Source of the DNA: a phage
Length of the DNA: 64,000 nucleotides
Sequence record: PZ049338.1
Reading direction: 5' to 3' (one strand)
Part shown: one piece after another, positions 30,106 to 39,240 of the stretch
Layout: the number at the start of each line of letters is the position of its first letter
Numbering within the stretch: the first letter of the stretch is position 1
Made by a program: the position numbers and the translations under genes
Notes under the pieces: generated by a model
The model's input: the letters and a program-made list of their open reading frames with translations, nothing else
Databases searched by the model: none
Told to the model about the DNA's origin: nothing

Positions 30106-30510
30106 TTAAATCTCGAAGTGAGGGCCATCAAAACGTTTGTTCTTGTTCCAACCGTCAGTGGTTGGTGCCCAAGTACCACCCCACACAACACGAACGCCAA
30201 GTTTATCAGCGGAAGCTAACATATGAGCAGCCATAACAACAAAGCTTTCCAGATTATTCCAATCAACAGGGTAAGGTACAATATCAATTGCATGACTATA
30301 CCCATCAGATTGACGAAGGTGTTTAGAGTTCATAGTCCAAGATGAACCCTTGGCTACATATTCACGCTGCTTCTCAATAGTACGCATACCTTCTGTGATT
30401 GTCACATCGAAAGGCATATTCTTGAAAGCTTCGACACAGACAGCACGTAAGTCTGGATGAACTTGGTCAAGACGTTCTTGAGAGCGAGCACTAAGTTTAA
30501 CATTACTCAT
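30106..30510 (-). CDS. Endolysin, L-alanyl-D-glutamate peptidase (peptidase M15, T5-Lys-like)
   Basis: Motifs SKHLRQSDGYSHAIDIVPY, DWNNLESF, DGPHFE resembling T5 endolysin family. Confidence 0.8.
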   Translation of the reverse strand: MSNVKLSARSQERLDQVHPDLRAVCVEAFKNMPFDVTITEGMRTIEKQREYVAKGSSWTMNSKHLRQSDGYSHAIDIVPYPVDWNNLESFVVMAAHMLASADKLGVRVVWGGTWAPTTDGWNKNKRFDGPHFEI

Positions 30511-30528
30511 TATTAACTCCTTAAAGCA

Positions 30529-31041
30529 TTAAACATTGTCTTCAATATACCCTTTTTTAGGTGCTTCGTTGTGCATAACCTTACGAAGTTCTTGAAGGGA
30601 GATTGGGGTGTAGTTTAATTGCTCACATGATGTGCAGAAGTATCGCTTATCAACAATCTTAGCACGATGCATGTGTCCATGAATGTTCATCTTACCACGT
30701 AACTCAGCGGGATGCACTGGAATGTGGGTAAGCCAGAACTCTTTGTACTTAATAGGGCCAGAGACCCAATTGAATGCCTTGTGGAAATCCACATGGAAAT
30801 CATCATGGTTGCCCAGAATAAGATGTTTATTAGGGCAATTAATCTGCCTGATTAAGTCCAAAGCTGTAACATCAAACACCCAATCACCCATAAAGAACAT
30901 CTTATCACGAGATGTGACTAAGTTGTTAATGTTTGTGATGATTGTCTGGTCATGATGCTCGATTGATTCAAACTCAGGGCGATACTTTAGGATGTTACGA
31001 TGGGCGAAGTGCCCATCTCCTAGGAAATATACTTCAGCCAC
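30529..31041 (-). CDS. Calcineurin-like metallophosphoesterase
   Basis: Motifs GDGHF, GDWVFD, GNHDD, GHMH. Confidence 0.7.
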   Translation of the reverse strand: MAEVYFLGDGHFAHRNILKYRPEFESIEHHDQTIITNINNLVTSRDKMFFMGDWVFDVTALDLIRQINCPNKHLILGNHDDFHVDFHKAFNWVSGPIKYKEFWLTHIPVHPAELRGKMNIHGHMHRAKIVDKRYFCTSCEQLNYTPISLQELRKVMHNEAPKKGYIEDNV

Positions 31042-31351
31042 GATTAATCCTCTTCTAAGGCTACAAGTTGCATTAATGCACCACCAAGCAGTTTGTGGTT
31101 CATCTTAGCTTCAGCTTCATCTTCGTAGACTTTCTGAACAACCTTCTGGTCTTTGCCAGAGGAAATAAGGAATGCGTGGTAATAGTAAATGCGCTTCTCA
31201 ACCATTAATCTCAACCTCGTCTACATATGAATAGGAATTATCGTAATCATAAGACTCACATACACGGTATGCTTCATCCTTGTCATGAGTTGCTAGGATA
31301 AGTCTCCAACCTTCTCCATCTACCCCATCAACCCATACGTGGTAATACTTG

Positions 31352-31555
31352 TTAGAGGTCACTATTCAGTAAGTCCACCGCATATTCATAACCTGACCAG
31401 TTATCAACACCTGCTGCACGAAGGGCTTCAAGAAACTCAAGTTCCTCGTCTGCTTCTTCTAAAGTATTAACGATGCCTTGTAACTCTTCAGTCATCTTAA
31501 CATCATTACCTTCGATGTACTTCTTTAAAATAGATGATAACATTAGATTGTGCAT
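31352..31555 (-). CDS. Hypothetical acidic protein (67 aa)
   Basis: ORF. Confidence 0.3.
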   Translation of the reverse strand: MHNLMLSSILKKYIEGNDVKMTEELQGIVNTLEEADEELEFLEALRAAGVDNWSGYEYAVDLLNSDL

Positions 31556-31758
31556 CCATCACAAGTTAAGTCACCCATAAGTGACAGGGAGAGTAGGCGA
31601 GATTGTTCGTCACTGTAAAGCTGGTCAATCTCTTCTTTGAGTTTAGCCAGTTCAGTGAAATTAATCAACTGACCGTGTTCGAGGCAGTCCGTCTTAAATA
31701 CAAAGAGTGCTTCAACTTCTGTTGAATCTTCATCTGTATATTTATCAATATATTCCAT
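31543..31758 (-). CDS. Hypothetical protein (71 aa)
   Basis: ORF. Confidence 0.3.
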   Translation of the reverse strand: MEYIDKYTDEDSTEVEALFVFKTDCLEHGQLINFTELAKLKEEIDQLYSDEQSRLLSLSLMGDLTCDGCTI

Positions 31759-31985
31759 TATCGTACCTTCTTGTAAACTAACATACCAACATCGTTGGTG
31801 AATGGTTCAAGTTCTTTTACCCGGAATAACTCAACACGGCAATCAACTGTCGAGTATTTCTCAATGTTCTTTTTGACAGCTCGAGCATTCTTACGAGTTT
31901 TACATGAGACTGTAGTGTATGACTGTGTTCCACCACTGTAGTTATAGGTCGTCTTTACAACCCATTTATCTCCACTGTAAATCAT
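31758..31985 (-). CDS. Hypothetical protein (75 aa)
   Basis: ORF. Confidence 0.3.
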   Translation of the reverse strand: MIYSGDKWVVKTTYNYSGGTQSYTTVSCKTRKNARAVKKNIEKYSTVDCRVELFRVKELEPFTNDVGMLVYKKVR

Positions 31986-32332
31986 ACTTTAACTCCAAAT
32001 TTATTTTTAAGAGTATCTTTAATCCACTCAAGACGGTGTAAATTCAAGTGATGCTTGCGATAATTCTGGTCATTGATATATTGTTTTGAGCCAAACGGGA
32101 AGTCTGGGTCAAGATTATCTTCTTTGAAGAGATTTATCAATTGACGCATGATTGCAGTATTACTCCTCAACCCGTAATAGCTTGAGTAAGAAATAGAGTT
32201 ACTGCACAGGCCATTATGGAAATCAACCCACTCTGGTGGCTTGAGTGAATCATGAATGTGATAATACTGATATAGGAAGTCTTGAAGATTTCGTTCCTTC
32301 TTACGGAACAGTTTTCGGAGGAAATTAATCAT
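31982..32332 (-). CDS. Hypothetical protein (116 aa)
   Basis: ORF. Confidence 0.35.
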   Translation of the reverse strand: MINFLRKLFRKKERNLQDFLYQYYHIHDSLKPPEWVDFHNGLCSNSISYSSYYGLRSNTAIMRQLINLFKEDNLDPDFPFGSKQYINDQNYRKHHLNLHRLEWIKDTLKNKFGVKV

Positions 32333-32523
32333 TGTTGTGGAATCTCAAATGTTAATGGTTTAACCCTGAAGGTTATGTGTGGGTAATCTTTAATAAGACT
32401 TGCAGCTTTGACTATAGCATCTTGCTCTGTCGTGAAGATTAACAATTGACCACCGAGGCTTGCTACAGAGCCTAACTCGGTAACAATGGCCCATGTGACG
32501 TGTACGTGAATCTCTCTTCCCAT
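32329..32523 (-). CDS. Hypothetical protein (64 aa)
   Basis: ORF. Confidence 0.3.
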   Translation of the reverse strand: MGREIHVHVTWAIVTELGSVASLGGQLLIFTTEQDAIVKAASLIKDYPHITFRVKPLTFEIPQQ

Positions 32524-32583
32524 TATTCCACACCTGCAATTAATGTTACTGTATATTTACGACCACCTCTAACATCTTCAACC

Positions 32584-32988
32584 TTAGTTACAATACCTTC
32601 CATTATGATTCCTTAATCGGTAATAAATTGCGGATTCAGTTCTGCCCAATCGTGCAGCTATAGTTTTAACAGGAACACCTGCTCTCCACATCTCAAAGCA
32701 ATCGTCATGACTTTCTCTGTAACGATTTACGTTTGTTTCAGTAGCATGTTCAGAGCCTTCAAGAATTTCAAGGTGTTCTGGGTTACAGCAAGCCCTGTTC
32801 CTGCATTTGTGATTAATCTCACAACCTTCAGGGATTGAGCCGTTAAGTTCTTCCCACACTAACCTGTGGTACATCACCCAAGTATTTTTACCAATATTCT
32901 TGCGGAAGTACCCATCACTGTTAAGTTTATGAGAAACGGGGATTTTACACCCCGTATTAGTAATATCAAATACAAGTTTCTTTGGCAT
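32584..32988 (-). CDS. HNH homing endonuclease directly downstream of DNA polymerase gene
   Basis: HRLVWEE...EINHKCRNRACCNPEHLE motif plus C-terminal HTH; ATG 3 nt after polymerase stop. Confidence 0.6.
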   Translation of the reverse strand: MPKKLVFDITNTGCKIPVSHKLNSDGYFRKNIGKNTWVMYHRLVWEELNGSIPEGCEINHKCRNRACCNPEHLEILEGSEHATETNVNRYRESHDDCFEMWRAGVPVKTIAARLGRTESAIYYRLRNHNGRYCN

Positions 32989-32990
32989 AT

Positions 32991-34835
32991 TCAATGGGTA
33001 TGGAACCAGCTTGCACCAAGCATTGAGTCTGAAGCTAATGGACATTCCATATTCAACGACTCTCCAGCTTTTTTAACACACTGGTCAATCAACTCTCTTA
33101 ATTTAACTACATCTTTGGTGGCGCAAGTGAACTGCATCTCATCGTGCATCATAATGACCTGATTTGCAAACAGCTTATCACGTTTAACCCAAGAAATCAG
33201 GTAGCAGTCAGCAATCTTCATAACAATAGAACCAGCAGACTGGAGCATTGTATTCAGTGCTTTATGGGTCATCACCTCACCGGAGTTAGGGTCACGACGC
33301 ATAATCAACTTACGACCATCAATAGCTGGAACCCAACCATGTTTCGCTGCGAATGTTTGTACCCACTCCATAAGAACTGGAATACAAGGACATTCTTTCA
33401 GGAACTTATCACGAGCTTCCTGACCTTCGGCAACACCACCACCTAACTGAGCACCTAAGTTCGCATTACCAGCGCCATAGAGGAAAGCATAGATAAACGT
33501 CTTAGCCTGCTTACGAGTTGCTAGACCTGCAAGCTTCTGGTTGTGCGAGTGGATATCACCATTCAGAAGAACTTCACGATACTCTAGAGCGGAGTCGAGT
33601 GCTTTCTGATAATACTCAGCCTCTCGTGTCTTACCAGCTTCGAGAGCTTCCTCAAGCAGCATACGAGATACAGCAATGAGGTAGTGAGTAAGCATACGAA
33701 GTTCAAGACCTGCACCATCCCCACCTACGAAAGCCTGTTGGCCCTCTGGGATAAGGTATGTACAGTGTCCTACATCTTCCCACTTCTTACCATTGAACTC
33801 CTGCATGATGTTAGTCAGTGGCTTACGACGAAACTTGCCAGACTCAATCATTTTCTTGGTGAGCTTAGGAACCAGAATGCCACGACGACCCATCTCAGAG
33901 TCACAGTAGTCACCCTTAAATAAGTGACGACATTCTTCACCCAGCAACGCACCAGCAGCAGGAATGTTAACAATTGTCTTGTGACGCATACGAGCAGTTG
34001 GTGTAGCGCATGGGTTGGCTTCACCAGACAGCTTACCATCAGCACGTACTTGAGCAATCAAACCTTCTAAGAGGGAACGACGATGCGCAAGCTGCATACG
34101 ATGCTTCAAGAGCGTCAATGCCTGACTCTCATCCTCACCAACTGAATCAAAAGAATCATCAGTGATTTGTGGAGAAGTCGGCCAGAACTGTTTCAGTAGA
34201 AGTTTCTTCTTAATGGCATCGAAGTTAGGAACCTTTCTGCTCAGGTCGAAACCTAAAGCAACCAGAATTGCCTTCATGTAACCCTTCGTCTGGTCACGGA
34301 AGTGTGTATCAATAAACCCGTTAACAGCGTTGGTGAATGCAAGTCTGTCCTCAGAATCACACTGTTCATTGATGAACTTAGCGTATGAGGTTTTCTCCAA
34401 ACGTTTGCGATACTGCCAAACTTGGAAAGGTGTCTTCTTCTCGTTCCACTCAGTAGGAACCCAACCCATATCCATCATGACTTTCTTCAGTCGAGATGTT
34501 TTACCAGGGTCGAATGGTGTATACCATACAGCGGAGAATGGCCCACTAACATCTTCAGAAGAGAGTCCATGAATGTCCATGTACTTCTGAACGAATGCTT
34601 TAGGTTGACCGTTCAACTTAAACGGAGCTTTATACTCTGAACCCTTGTGCATCATAGGAGGAAGCAAAGGGATTAATTCGAGGTCAATCTTGAGGATACG
34701 CTCATTCAATGAGTGAACCAACCAAGAAGCACCACGCTTATCAAAGTTACAGCCATGTTTCCACTGATTCGAAATCAAATCAGCGACTTTCTGTTCTAAC
34801 AGGAATGGTTTAGTCCAATCCGGCTTGATATCCAT
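32991..34835 (-). CDS. DNA polymerase, family A (T7 gp5-like) polymerase domain only
   Basis: Motif B RKQAKTFIYAFLYGAG, motif C MMHDEMQF, GAGLELRMLTHY; lacks the 3'-5' exonuclease domain. Confidence 0.85.
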   Translation of the reverse strand: MDIKPDWTKPFLLEQKVADLISNQWKHGCNFDKRGASWLVHSLNERILKIDLELIPLLPPMMHKGSEYKAPFKLNGQPKAFVQKYMDIHGLSSEDVSGPFSAVWYTPFDPGKTSRLKKVMMDMGWVPTEWNEKKTPFQVWQYRKRLEKTSYAKFINEQCDSEDRLAFTNAVNGFIDTHFRDQTKGYMKAILVALGFDLSRKVPNFDAIKKKLLLKQFWPTSPQITDDSFDSVGEDESQALTLLKHRMQLAHRRSLLEGLIAQVRADGKLSGEANPCATPTARMRHKTIVNIPAAGALLGEECRHLFKGDYCDSEMGRRGILVPKLTKKMIESGKFRRKPLTNIMQEFNGKKWEDVGHCTYLIPEGQQAFVGGDGAGLELRMLTHYLIAVSRMLLEEALEAGKTREAEYYQKALDSALEYREVLLNGDIHSHNQKLAGLATRKQAKTFIYAFLYGAGNANLGAQLGGGVAEGQEARDKFLKECPCIPVLMEWVQTFAAKHGWVPAIDGRKLIMRRDPNSGEVMTHKALNTMLQSAGSIVMKIADCYLISWVKRDKLFANQVIMMHDEMQFTCATKDVVKLRELIDQCVKKAGESLNMECPLASDSMLGASWFHTH

Positions 34836-34938
34836 ATCTACCTCAACATTACTAGCCGTACACCTGACGAATCAGTTGGGAGTTAAGTCGGCATTCGTAG
34901 TTATCCTTGCCGCCTCCGAAGAGGCAGCGATGTAGGTC

Positions 34939-35205
34939 TTAGTTAGCCCACTTAGTAAATCGACCGGTATTCAAATCACGTACAACGACGTTGGTTCGGA
35001 ACAACTCTTTGAGTTCTTCTTTAGCCTTCATCAGTTTTTGTTGTTTGTAAATCTTACCAACCTGAATACGTGTAGGTTCGTCATTCGTTTCAAACAGAAT
35101 CTTAATGTCCTTGCTGACAAGCTCAGGAAGAGTCCTATAAACTGCTGAAGATATGAAACGACCTTTGGTAGTGTATTCACGGTACTCGATAACTAATTTA
35201 CTCAT
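34939..35205 (-). CDS. Hypothetical protein (88 aa)
   Basis: ORF. Confidence 0.35.
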   Translation of the reverse strand: MSKLVIEYREYTTKGRFISSAVYRTLPELVSKDIKILFETNDEPTRIQVGKIYKQQKLMKAKEELKELFRTNVVVRDLNTGRFTKWAN

Positions 35206-35429
35206 TTTGCTGCTCCATTAGCATTAGGGAAATAACGTTCATAATTTCTTGCGTGGTTAGTTTCCAACTTAGCCACACATTGACGACAGAATGGATACAA
35301 TCCACTGTCAGAGTTCGCAGATTCATCGAAGTGATAAACCCCACGAAGTTGTTTACAGCACTTGCAAGTGATGCACTGGCCGTAAGTTGTTCTTGCGTAA
35401 TTGTTAATTAAACGCTTAACCATGTCCAT
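35202..35429 (-). CDS. Cys-rich zinc-finger protein (~75 aa)
   Basis: CITCKCCKQ...CRQC; ATG at 35429 with GGAG SD; track start 35456 is GTG inside the terminator hairpin. Confidence 0.4.
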   Translation of the reverse strand: MDMVKRLINNYARTTYGQCITCKCCKQLRGVYHFDESANSDSGLYPFCRQCVAKLETNHARNYERYFPNANGAAK

Positions 35430-35444
35430 TAGGACTCCAGAGAC

Positions 35445-35468
35445 AAAAAAGGCCACCCGTAGGCAGCC
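35445..35468 (-). terminator. Rho-independent terminator
   Basis: On - strand GGCTGCC-TACG-GGTGGCC hairpin followed by TTTTTT. Confidence 0.45.
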
Positions 35469-35565
35469 TTGTGTTAACCTTCACCCCAGCCCGTATTAGA
35501 ATCCATCGAATTCATCATACGTCCCAGTTCTCTTCACCAGCAGTGTAACCAATTGCATTCATTCG

Positions 35566-35922
35566 TTAATCCTTCTTCTTCTTGCTCTTAGGCTTGCTCA
35601 CAGGTAAACGGGACTTAGCGCCCTTACGTCCACCTGCGGCCTTACCTTTTGAGCTACCAGACTTACCACCAGCAGACATATTCTCGCTGGCATCACGTAA
35701 ACGCAAATTACTGCGGTCATTGGAGCCACCATCTTTAACTGTCTTCTTGTGGTCAACGTGTACAGATGTTGGCAATTTTCTACCGATGCTCTTTTCCATC
35801 TCTCGACGGGCACGGTGTCGCATTGCATCCTTAGACTTCTTACCAACGCCGGTATCACCACGCTTTATAGCAGTGATACGTTCTTGTGCGTAGTTTCGTA
35901 CATAACCCGGTGAACTAGGCAT
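35566..35922 (-). CDS. Small basic HNH-family nuclease
   Basis: VHVDHKKTVKDGGSNDRSNLRL HNH signature; GGAGG SD. Confidence 0.5.
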   Translation of the reverse strand: MPSSPGYVRNYAQERITAIKRGDTGVGKKSKDAMRHRARREMEKSIGRKLPTSVHVDHKKTVKDGGSNDRSNLRLRDASENMSAGGKSGSSKGKAAGGRKGAKSRLPVSKPKSKKKKD

Positions 35923-35934
35923 TCAACCTCCATG

Positions 35935-36150
35935 TTAATCAGAGCATGAACGGGTGACCCCTCGCTCTCCAACTGGTGCGCGTTCTTTTGCTTGCCAGTC
36001 TTGTGCGAGTTTTTGATAATTCTCAGCTTCTTCCACATTGCCATTTGCATATGCTTCATCACGCATTGAAAAACACCAGTCAACCGTTGATGCGTTACTC
36101 TTGTCCATTATAATCACCCCATTCGTATTCATATTCGTCGAAACGTTCAC
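35935..36150 (-). CDS. Hypothetical acidic protein (71 aa)
   Basis: ORF; preferred over overlapping 35865-36083 ORF. Confidence 0.3.
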   Translation of the reverse strand: MNVSTNMNTNGVIIMDKSNASTVDWCFSMRDEAYANGNVEEAENYQKLAQDWQAKERAPVGERGVTRSCSD

Positions 36151-36265
36151 CCGGCATTGTTTCTTTACAACACGGGCATATGTAATAGTGTGAATAGTCC
36201 TCAGTGCTTACGCGTTTCATGGGAACAAAACACCAATCACATTCAATACTTTTCACACCGTACAT
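36095..36265 (-). CDS. Small zinc-ribbon protein (~56 aa)
   Basis: CDWC...CPCC; internal ATG at 36265 with AAGGTA SD avoids overlap with upstream gene. Confidence 0.3.
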   Translation of the reverse strand: MYGVKSIECDWCFVPMKRVSTEDYSHYYICPCCKETMPGERFDEYEYEWGDYNGQE

Positions 36266-36275
36266 AATGAATACC

Positions 36276-36545
36276 TTATTTAAGACTCTTCTCAACTCTA
36301 CGAGTAATATACTCACGAGCTACTTTAGGATTACATTCCATTAAGAGGTCTTCAACATCTTCGTTGATTTCACTCTTCGTTACAGTTAACTGATGAAGAT
36401 ACTTACCCTGAATAATCATTGCAATCTGCAGAGCTTCATCAAAACTTGATTGATTGACAGCCTCTTGTGAGGCCATAACTGATTGGATGATTTGGTTTAC
36501 ATCAAATTCAACCAAGGAGCCATCATCTTTCTGATATTTTACCAT
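36276..36545 (-). CDS. Hypothetical protein (89 aa)
   Basis: ORF. Confidence 0.35.
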   Translation of the reverse strand: MVKYQKDDGSLVEFDVNQIIQSVMASQEAVNQSSFDEALQIAMIIQGKYLHQLTVTKSEINEDVEDLLMECNPKVAREYITRRVEKSLK

Positions 36546-36553
36546 TCACTACC

Positions 36554-37003
36554 TCAGCGACCAGAGCGTACAAAGTATGCCAGCTTGTCGATGGCAGCTA
36601 CTAATTCTTGCAAGATGCTAACAGTCACATCATCCTCTGTATCAAACAGACGAGCCACATGACCAGTTATTGTTTCCAGAGTTTCGACCATATCAGACAA
36701 CATCTCTGAACTGTCGTAGCTGTCAACACCTTCACTGAACCAGCGAACTTCATGATAATACCCTGCCGTTGATTTGACAGGATGCTGTAGGCCACGTAGC
36801 CGCTCAGCAACAATATCAGACCATTCATCAGCAACAGTATCAATATCTTCGAACAGTTTATGGAGACTTCCAAAGTTGGCTCCGGTTACGTTCCAATGAT
36901 AATTCTCTGCCTTGATGGACAGTAATTTGAGGTTGGCAACCACTGGATTCAATGGGTGCAGATTATCTTCACCACTTTGACGTGACGGTCTTGGAGATAA
37001 CAT
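36554..37003 (-). CDS. Dps/ferritin-like protein
   Basis: HWNVTGANFGSLHKLFEDI...DIVAERLRGL resembles Dps family ferroxidase/DNA-binding signature. Confidence 0.5.
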   Translation of the reverse strand: MLSPRPSRQSGEDNLHPLNPVVANLKLLSIKAENYHWNVTGANFGSLHKLFEDIDTVADEWSDIVAERLRGLQHPVKSTAGYYHEVRWFSEGVDSYDSSEMLSDMVETLETITGHVARLFDTEDDVTVSILQELVAAIDKLAYFVRSGR

Positions 37004-37659
37004 TACTCAGTTTCCTTAATAGTTGCTTTCAAGGCCGACCAAGCGACCGGATAAAGGTCAGTCATGATTGCATCAAGTTGCTGTGCAAACAAACGAACCT
37101 CGTATTGAGCATGAGTGCTCGAACGTTGACGGTATACTTCAAACCAACCATACAGTGAACCAGTCCATACCCATTCTGTAACCATCCCTTGCGGGAGTAC
37201 AAAGCGAGCCTGCTCTGGTGCAATGAACTTAATCAGCTTATCGTAGGCAAGTAATGCTGCTTCATATGCGTAATTATACAACACAAGAGCTTCATATTTC
37301 TTAACACCTTCAAGAAGTACACCACCGCCATCATGCAAGTTATCAGGTCGTGCAAAGATTTCCTTAGGAATGAACACTTCGACATTACCATCTTTATATC
37401 GACGGCTCATTTCGTTCCAAGAAAATCCAACCTGATGCTTACCTAGCTGGCGAGCGATTGCGATTGGGGCTTTACAGCGAAGGGTCACTGTTGCGTGCCG
37501 GAATGGGGTTACATGACGTTCACGAGCTAAGAACTTGACCAAGCGAACATCTCGCTCATTCAACTCACCTTCTCGTGTTACACCATAAGATACTCGTGCT
37601 GCGTTAACAACTGAAGTATCATCACCCATTAAATCTACTAATTGCGCTTCAATAGTCAT
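37003..37659 (-). CDS. ThyX-like flavin-dependent thymidylate synthase homolog (non-canonical motif)
   Basis: AARVSYG N-terminal and QLGKHQ...S...SRRY region resembling the ThyX RHR-x-S motif with RHR replaced by KHQ. Confidence 0.45.
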   Translation of the reverse strand: MTIEAQLVDLMGDDTSVVNAARVSYGVTREGELNERDVRLVKFLARERHVTPFRHATVTLRCKAPIAIARQLGKHQVGFSWNEMSRRYKDGNVEVFIPKEIFARPDNLHDGGGVLLEGVKKYEALVLYNYAYEAALLAYDKLIKFIAPEQARFVLPQGMVTEWVWTGSLYGWFEVYRQRSSTHAQYEVRLFAQQLDAIMTDLYPVAWSALKATIKETE

Positions 37660-37673
37660 CCTTGACCCTTATA

Positions 37674-37883
37674 TTAATATTCGATTTTACTTAAAATGAA
37701 AATAGCACCATCAGGTGTTATATTAGCCTTATGCATTGACACTTTAATGTTATGCTTACGGGCAGGTATGAGGTTTTTCAACCCTGCACGGGCTTCTTTT
37801 CTTGTTTTATAAGTCATTAACAATGGTAAGTCGTCTGACTTATCTTTATTAAGAAGCTTGAGTACCCAAATCCATTGAGACAT
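37674..37883 (-). CDS. Hypothetical protein (69 aa)
   Basis: ORF. Confidence 0.3.
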   Translation of the reverse strand: MSQWIWVLKLLNKDKSDDLPLLMTYKTRKEARAGLKNLIPARKHNIKVSMHKANITPDGAIFILSKIEY

Positions 37884-37892
37884 GATTGTACC

Positions 37893-38078
37893 TTAAATAT
37901 GTTCGAAATCTTTACGAGTGGCTTCACGAATATAGAAGCCTTTATAGCCATGACTTGTTGCTAAATCATGTGCTATCTTCTTTGTAGCACAGATAGCCAT
38001 AAGGCAACCCTGCACGACAATAACATGGGCACGTAGTTCACGTTCCATTAACTGTATTCCATTTCTGTTGATTGACAT
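37893..38078 (-). CDS. Hypothetical protein (61 aa)
   Basis: ORF. Confidence 0.3.
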   Translation of the reverse strand: MSINRNGIQLMERELRAHVIVVQGCLMAICATKKIAHDLATSHGYKGFYIREATRKDFEHI

Positions 38079-38223
38079 TCATTACATCGGGTTTTCTTTA
38101 CAGTAATCTCGACATATTGTTTGTTCTTCCCACGAGAAGGAGAGCCTTTCTTAAGCTCTCGAATCTTCGTATAGGAAATGTTAAGCTCTATTCCAGAGCA
38201 GGTTGGACATCTCACTATTCACC

Positions 38224-38466
38224 TCAGTAATTGTAAGGGTCGTAGTCCAAAGAATCAAACCCGTAATCTGAACTATCAAGATAGCGACCCGGAAAACCCA
38301 TTCGCTGATAAGTTGGTTCGCTAGGGATGGTGTTACCACGAGTGATTTTCTTAACTTGGTCAGAGGAGAACAAAGCTAATCCTTCAGAGGTTCGGGCCGA
38401 AGCCCGTTCCCCTTTCTTGACAACCTTACCCTTCTTTAACCAATCTTCGAAGGAGCGGTATTGCAT
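38224..38466 (-). CDS. Hypothetical protein (80 aa)
   Basis: ORF. Confidence 0.3.
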   Translation of the reverse strand: MQYRSFEDWLKKGKVVKKGERASARTSEGLALFSSDQVKKITRGNTIPSEPTYQRMGFPGRYLDSSDYGFDSLDYDPYNY

Positions 38467-38468
38467 GG

Positions 38469-38684
38469 TTATTTACCCCAATGTTCAACAAACTGTTGAA
38501 ACACTTTACGGTCGAATGTGAAATTACGAGCAATATTACATTCAACAAAAGTAGAGCCCATATAGTCTATAGACAATTCATCAGTGTGACCGTGAACTTG
38601 GATAAGGCGTTTAATCTTATCCTTCTCCTTCCGAGGTAACATACGGAATGCTTCCTGTATGTCTGTAATATGCTTAATTTTCAT
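38469..38684 (-). CDS. Hypothetical protein (71 aa)
   Basis: ORF. Confidence 0.3.
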   Translation of the reverse strand: MKIKHITDIQEAFRMLPRKEKDKIKRLIQVHGHTDELSIDYMGSTFVECNIARNFTFDRKVFQQFVEHWGK

Positions 38685-38950
38685 CAGCGAGTCTCTTCTA
38701 AGTCTCGGTTAACACCCACATTACCATCAAGGTTAGCCTGCACTTGAGCAGAAATAACAATCAGGTTCTTAGGGTAGGAGAGGGTTGTTTTACCAGAGCT
38801 AAGCACATGGATTCGAACTTTCAGAGGAGTAACATCCACAACTCGGGCTATTTCTAGCCCTTGGTTGTATTTACCATTACCCCAGACAACAATATCGTCC
38901 AGTCGAATCACCCGGTGCAGCTTATCACGGTGATTGTGTGACAGTAACAT
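38684..38950 (-). CDS. Hypothetical protein (88 aa)
   Basis: ORF. Confidence 0.3.
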   Translation of the reverse strand: MLLSHNHRDKLHRVIRLDDIVVWGNGKYNQGLEIARVVDVTPLKVRIHVLSSGKTTLSYPKNLIVISAQVQANLDGNVGVNRDLEETR

Positions 38951-39240
38951 TAATCAAGACCTCGCACTGTAGAGAGGATGAAATTACGCAGCATGTCTTC
39001 AGTCTGCATCCCTGTTTTGAAACCTACTGGCTTCTTGTTTTCATCAAACACGATGATGGTTGGGACACCACGGATGCCAAAGGTACGAGCTTCTTCGCGT
39101 ACTCCGTCGTCTTCGATGCTACGGGATTCAAAAGTAAATCCCTCTTCTTCCAGTTCATCTTGAACTTTCTTGAAGATAGGCTCGATTGCTTTGCAAGGAG
39201 CACAGGAAGTACCAAAGTATTTAATTACAGAGTAAGCCAT
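38950..39240 (-). CDS. Thioredoxin-like protein (CAPC active site)
   Basis: GTSCAPCK active-site motif and GVPTIIVF cis-Pro loop region. Confidence 0.65.
   Translation of the reverse strand: MAYSVIKYFGTSCAPCKAIEPIFKKVQDELEEEGFTFESRSIEDDGVREEARTFGIRGVPTIIVFDENKKPVGFKTGMQTEDMLRNFILSTVRGLD

Noticed and set aside
35865-36083. 72-aa - strand ORF
   Set aside because: Overlaps both the HNH gene and the better-supported 35935-36150 ORF; probably an alternative-frame artefact.
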